Below, piece by piece: positions 59,204 through 64,000 of a stretch of DNA of 64,000 nucleotides. Within the stretch, counting starts at the first letter, position 1. Each line of letters opens with the position of its first letter. The position numbers and the translations under genes are program-made. The notes under the pieces were generated by a model. The model was not told the origin of the DNA. It did no database searches and saw only the letters and a program-made list of their open reading frames with translations. The stretch covers positions 1 through 64,000 of the forward strand of contig SHMW01000010.1 of the NCBI GenBank assembly GCA_008080735.1, in the 5' to 3' direction. Source of the DNA: Promethearchaeota archaeon (GTDB taxonomy: Archaea > Asgardarchaeota > Lokiarchaeia > Sigyniarchaeales > SOKP01).

Positions 59204-59346
59204 TCTAATCTCCTAATTATTCTATATACCTAATCTAGTTTATATATTCTATTTGTTATAACCAATAAAAAAATTCGAGAATTTATAGTTTAGTTATTTT
59301 TAAGATATATGGAGGCAAAATTCCGATTGATTTAATAATAATTAGT

Positions 59347-60318
59347 GTGATTTATCCTATAAAAAACAGTTTTAAAAAAATGTCAAAAATATCCTCTCTC
59401 CTCAAAAAGAAGTTTGTCCCGGTATATATATGTTTTATTCTAACAATTCTTCTATACGGAATAATTTTCCTCCTTGCGAGATTTCCAAACATTTTATTTG
59501 GGCTTGGTATACCTGAGGAATTCGTAACCCACTTTGTAAAGATTATACCTGGTCCGTTATGGTCTGATATTCTATTATTATATCTGATTCCGTTGGGAGT
59601 TTATATCGGAATGCAATATTTAAGCCCTTATTCTACGCGATTTTATATGAGACTCCATAAATCCTTTTATGTGCTAAGAACAAAGCCCATTTATGGAATT
59701 AATCCAAATGAAGGTCACATTAGCACAGGAAAAATATTCTTACGATTATTGAAAGGAAGTTTCTTAAGTTTTGTGATTGCCACTGGAATAATGCAATTTG
59801 GTCTCACGCCAATATTTCGTCATATTACGGGTGAGCCAGGAACGATAATAACCTTATTTCGTGCAGAAGCAATCTTTTTAGCGACTTTCTTTTTCAGCTT
59901 TTTAATTGTGATAATCTATTTTCCTATTTGGAATCTAGAAGATTCGGGACTAGTTGCTTATAGGAAATTTACAAAGAAACGGAAAAACCCAGATATTGAG
60001 GGAGTAAATCGGATTTTTCGAGATTTCATAGAATATTCTATCAGCTTTTCAACAATTTTAGTATATTTCAATCTTTTCTTTAACACTTTAACTTGGGTTA
60101 TAAATTACGATCCGACTGGAGCATCTCTATTAATTCCTCTTATCTTAATATTTCTCCCGTTCCTGATTCCTGGGTTATATGCAATACCGATGATTCTCTA
60201 TGAGCTGAATTTTGATAAGAATATGAAAAGAATCCATAAACATTTGGAAAAAAAGGAGATTCCCCATATAGCCGTTCCAGATTTTTATGATTTAGTGAAG
60301 AAAGGAGAAAAAAAGTGA
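59347..60318 (+). CDS. Hypothetical multi-pass membrane protein
   Basis: About 6 TM; PIWNLEDSGL motif. Confidence 0.65.
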   Translation: MIYPIKNSFKKMSKISSLLKKKFVPVYICFILTILLYGIIFLLARFPNILFGLGIPEEFVTHFVKIIPGPLWSDILLLYLIPLGVYIGMQYLSPYSTRFYMRLHKSFYVLRTKPIYGINPNEGHISTGKIFLRLLKGSFLSFVIATGIMQFGLTPIFRHITGEPGTIITLFRAEAIFLATFFFSFLIVIIYFPIWNLEDSGLVAYRKFTKKRKNPDIEGVNRIFRDFIEYSISFSTILVYFNLFFNTLTWVINYDPTGASLLIPLILIFLPFLIPGLYAIPMILYELNFDKNMKRIHKHLEKKEIPHIAVPDFYDLVKKGEKK

Positions 60319-60385
60319 ATAATTTCATTTTTATTCTTTTTTCTTTTAATTTTTTATTTCTGAGCTATGAACCTTGTTGATGATC

Positions 60386-61696
60386 TCAATCCCTTATCAA
60401 GCTTGAATTCTCAAATGATTCCTCTAATCTCGGTTTTATAAAATGGATTGAACTGAGATAGAAGGGGACTAAACATAGTTCCACGATAATTGATATAATA
60501 AAGGGAGCTGTCAAGTCTATGAAATCAACAGCTAACCCCCCCAACAAGGGTCCCAAAATAAATCCTCCATTTCTTAAAAATTGATATAATCCCATCAATT
60601 TCCCTCGATTTGAGATTGTTATTCTGCTATAGAGATTGAGTATCAGAAGATTACTCAAATTAACTATTGCGGTATCAATAGTAAGTAACATAGAAAAAAG
60701 TATTATATTGTCAACATTTATTATACACCATGTTGTAATAGCCCCTATAATGCTGATCGTTACGATGCCCAGTTTTGGACTTATTTTATCGAGCCCACTG
60801 CCAAGCTTTGGGGCAACGAACATTGCGATAATTCCGCTCGGAATATACGCGAGCATCGCAAATATGGTATTATTAATGATTTTTTCAAGAACATATACAT
60901 TGAGAAAGGGTTTTGCCAAAGAACCATTGATATTACTCATCAATATTACTACACTTAGAAATCCAATCCCAACCAAGATTCCAATATCCGTTTTTTGGGG
61001 TGATTTAGATTTTGCTTCACTATGTGTAGCAGAGATTGCATTAGGATTATTTTCGGAAAATTTAAGAGATTCGTCTACTCGATTCATAAATAAGATTCCC
61101 GCAACAAAATTAGAGAAGCCATATATTAATATGGAAGAATATGTGAAAAAAAGATTCCCTGGCAAGAATTCAATTCCAATACTTAGAATTCCGAAACCGA
61201 GTAATCCCCCAATAAAAAGTCCTTTCCCGACCGCAGAATCTCGTTTTCCATATGCATGTGAACGATGGTCTTTATTAGATTTTTCCGCGATTATTGTATC
61301 GAATGGGATCCAGAAAAAACCTGCAAAAAATCCTATCGAAAACGTACCTACTCCCATATAAATTAATGATTTGAATACTATGGCAAAATATAGTACAAAA
61401 TATGCGAGACCTCGTCCAAATGAGCCCAATAAAATTAAATTCGTCTTAGATTTGACTTTATCGGTTAAAAACCCTGTAAAAAGCGTGCTTATTATTAATC
61501 CTATCGTTTGAACGGAAAAAATCAATCCAATCTGGAATCCGGTAGCACTTAATTCTTGACTTGCATAGATGGGAATAATAAATTCCAGAAAAAAAAAGCC
61601 GAGGCTATTGAATATTACATTGTTTATAACAGATTTAAAATCTTTCGTATATCTATTTTCTTGTGTCTTGGTCTTTGGATGAGTATCTTTCTTCAT
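60386..61696 (-). CDS. MFS transporter
   Basis: GFLTDK, RGKLMG, GPLLGG; about 12 TM. Confidence 0.85.
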   Translation of the reverse strand: MKKDTHPKTKTQENRYTKDFKSVINNVIFNSLGFFFLEFIIPIYASQELSATGFQIGLIFSVQTIGLIISTLFTGFLTDKVKSKTNLILLGSFGRGLAYFVLYFAIVFKSLIYMGVGTFSIGFFAGFFWIPFDTIIAEKSNKDHRSHAYGKRDSAVGKGLFIGGLLGFGILSIGIEFLPGNLFFTYSSILIYGFSNFVAGILFMNRVDESLKFSENNPNAISATHSEAKSKSPQKTDIGILVGIGFLSVVILMSNINGSLAKPFLNVYVLEKIINNTIFAMLAYIPSGIIAMFVAPKLGSGLDKISPKLGIVTISIIGAITTWCIINVDNIILFSMLLTIDTAIVNLSNLLILNLYSRITISNRGKLMGLYQFLRNGGFILGPLLGGLAVDFIDLTAPFIISIIVELCLVPFYLSSIHFIKPRLEESFENSSLIRD

Positions 61697-61788
61697 TTTT
61701 ACAGAGCTGCCAGATACCTTTGAAAATATTTCATAGTAAAAATATTTTACAATTGCGTTCTCTAAGGTCTTTTTATTGGAAACTTGAA

Positions 61789-62802
61789 TTAAATTTTTAT
61801 CAAAACTTTGATATCTTGATGAGTTTTTTCCGCTAATTCCTCAAAAAGCTCGGGTGTTCCATCCAGAGGAACAATTCTAGTAATCATAGTTTTCAAATCA
61901 ATATGACCATTTTTTACAAGATTTAAAGCCGTCGAAAACGTATCGTTTATATAACCAAAAACACCTTTCATCGTTACGCTTTTTAGGACCATCGACATAA
62001 ATCCTTTCATTTCGAATGGCTTAGTATGAAGTCCAATCAGTGTTATAATACCTCCCCGTTTGATTAATTTCATCGAATTCATAATTGTATCTGGAATTCC
62101 CACGCAATCAAAAATATAATCTGGACCTATATTTTCTGTCAATCGATTTATTTTTCCCCATTTATCAGGGGGAAACACATTACTCGCCCCAAAATTTAGC
62201 GCTAGTTCTTGTTTTGATTTGACGGGTTCAAGTACACTAATTTGACTCGCTCCCCCAGCATTAAGGACTTGAATTACAAATAGTCCTATACCTCCAGCAC
62301 CTATCACTGTGCATGACTTCCCAATTTTAAATCCTGAATCTTGGACTGCATACAAAGCCACAGCAAGAGGCTCAATTAAAGCGCCTTCTTCTAATGAAAT
62401 ACTATCTGGTAGTCTGAATAACCTTTCCGCTTTAACATTTATAAATTCTGCCATTGCTCCGTTATACGTCGTCCCGAGTGCGCTTGACCAACGACATAAG
62501 TTTTCTTGACTATGAGCACACCAATAACATTGGTCACAAGGAAGAGCTGGGTTAGCGGTCACCTTGTCCCCTCTCTTCCATCCTTTCACCTCCTCACCCA
62601 TTTCCACAATTTCCCCCGAGAATTCATGCCCGATAACTATCCCGGGAGTTTCCAAGACGCCGGTTTTAAACGATTCCACATCAGAGCCACAGATTCCGCA
62701 ATATTGTACTTTTATTAGGACCTCATCCTTCTGTATAGTAGGTTGTGGCAAATCATCCTTAACGACGAGATTATGTTTACCCTCAAAAAATACCCCTTTC
62801 AT
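61789..62802 (-). CDS. Zinc-dependent medium-chain alcohol/polyol dehydrogenase
   Basis: CGICGSD, GHE, CDQCYWC..C, IEPLAV, GAGGIG; start likely ATG 62802. Confidence 0.9.
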   Translation of the reverse strand: MKGVFFEGKHNLVVKDDLPQPTIQKDEVLIKVQYCGICGSDVESFKTGVLETPGIVIGHEFSGEIVEMGEEVKGWKRGDKVTANPALPCDQCYWCAHSQENLCRWSSALGTTYNGAMAEFINVKAERLFRLPDSISLEEGALIEPLAVALYAVQDSGFKIGKSCTVIGAGGIGLFVIQVLNAGGASQISVLEPVKSKQELALNFGASNVFPPDKWGKINRLTENIGPDYIFDCVGIPDTIMNSMKLIKRGGIITLIGLHTKPFEMKGFMSMVLKSVTMKGVFGYINDTFSTALNLVKNGHIDLKTMITRIVPLDGTPELFEELAEKTHQDIKVLIKI

Positions 62803-63105
62803 ATGCACTTTTCCATCCAAATCTAATTTATAATTAATTAATTGTAAACTTTTATCCATATATAATTAATCCGATTAACCTAGAATTTTCTTACAGAAAG
62901 TTTATATTCGTGAAAGTCTGCTTTCATGATTAAAGGTATATATTGGAATATTGTTGAGGTGATATTTCTAATTATTCAATATCAAGAAATTAAAAAAATT
63001 CTTATATTGTTTTTTTATGTTTTTTCTACCACCAATTTTTTTTTAATTTGTATCACTTAATCTATTAATCAGAGCTAAAAATATCGAGAGGATTTTAGTA
63101 TTCCA

Positions 63106-64000
63106 CTGACGAGAATTGGTAAAAAAGATCTTGTTCCAATCATTTTGGTCAATTTGCTACTCTTCGTAAGCATCGCCTGTGCAAATATGCTCATACCATC
63201 ATATGCTGCGATAAAAGAAGAGTTCGGCATCCCAGAATCATTAATCGCCATCCCCGATGCGTTTTTTGTATTAATTAGCGCGATTTTTGCGCTTATCTGG
63301 GGATATTATACCGATCGTATCAATAGGACGAAACTCATATTTGCCGGAGCATTTTCTTGGACGGTTGGGATGTTGCTTACGGCTTTCTCTTTTAATTTGC
63401 CCATGGTAATTTTTTCCCGTATGTTAAGCGGTGCTGGACTTGGATGTGTACTGCCTGTTGGATATTCTATTATTTCCGATGCCATCCCGCCCGATGAACG
63501 ATCTGGATGGTTTGGGATGCTCGCAATCCTCAGTTCCGTTTCCAATGGGATCGGGCAAGGATTATCTTCGTTTATAGGACCTATTCTCGGGTGGCGTTTT
63601 CCGTTTTTCTTACTCTCTGGAATTAGTCTTGTAATCGTATTTTTATTGTTTTTTGTCAAGCTTCCATATCGAGGTGCTAGTGAAAACGAACTAACAGAAT
63701 TAGGGGATATGAACCTGGAATATAGCTATAGAATTTCCCAAGCGGACTTAAGAGAAATACTTGGCAAAAGTACAAATAAATATCTTATCATTCAAGGCTT
63801 CTTTTCCATCATTCCGGGAACAATTTTTATATATTTTCTTACCTCGATGTTCGCCTTATATTATTTCCATCCTCTTCCTCAAGAAATACGACTTCAGACC
63901 GCAACTATTTTTGCAGCATTAGTAGGAATCGGGTATCTCTTAGGTAATATTATCTTGTCAGCCCTTGGAGATTTCTTATTTAAAAAAAACAAGAAAAATC
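63106..64000 (+). CDS. MFS transporter, 3'-truncated by window end; start codon uncertain
   Basis: Open frame from TAA at 63076-63078 to end: NMLIPSY..IWGYYTDRINR..ISDAIPPDERSGWFG..WRFPF. Confidence 0.8.
   Translation, partial: MTRIGKKDLVPIILVNLLLFVSIACANMLIPSYAAIKEEFGIPESLIAIPDAFFVLISAIFALIWGYYTDRINRTKLIFAGAFSWTVGMLLTAFSFNLPMVIFSRMLSGAGLGCVLPVGYSIISDAIPPDERSGWFGMLAILSSVSNGIGQGLSSFIGPILGWRFPFFLLSGISLVIVFLLFFVKLPYRGASENELTELGDMNLEYSYRISQADLREILGKSTNKYLIIQGFFSIIPGTIFIYFLTSMFALYYFHPLPQEIRLQTATIFAALVGIGYLLGNIILSALGDFLFKKNKKN

Noticed and set aside
1333-63659. Numerous 60-240 aa ORFs antisense or off-frame to identified genes (e.g. 8994..9359, 23733..24218, 60636..61361, 63306..63659)
   Set aside because: Shadow ORFs of genes with clear family motifs; no motifs of their own

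Overview
AT-rich archaeal chromosomal window, most likely Lokiarchaeia (Asgard archaea). This is inferred from the longin/roadblock proteins, an SDS22-type LRR protein, several SCP2 and acyl-CoA genes, and eukaryote-like SECIS elements. I saw no rRNA, tRNA, CRISPR array or transposase. Highlights: (1) Two tandem peroxiredoxin-like (AhpC/TSA) selenoprotein genes that the ORF track shows only as 3' fragments (33575-34066, 34353-34868, minus strand). One has a UxxC motif; the other has UxxU plus a third in-frame TGA. Each is followed by a eukaryote-like 3'-UTR SECIS carrying an extra side hairpin. (2) Two paralogous three-gene operons (276-2941, 4355-7052) of 2-TM plus left-handed beta-helix proteins. 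They look like a split version of the three-module C-terminal domain of poly-epsilon-lysine synthetase-type NRPSs, and only one subunit type keeps the His. (3) A nucleic-acid end-repair/stress neighbourhood: Xth, MNT plus a deleted HEPN, PolX-PHP, triple BON, stand-alone LigD 3'-phosphoesterase with a PIP-like tail, class II RNR with an in-frame TAA, and RtcB. (4) A tandem GDH pair, a lipid-catabolism cluster, an ILVBL/HACL2-like lyase, a longin-roadblock fusion and several unannotated small zinc-ribbon ORFs. Family assignments come from motif recognition by eye, not from database searches.
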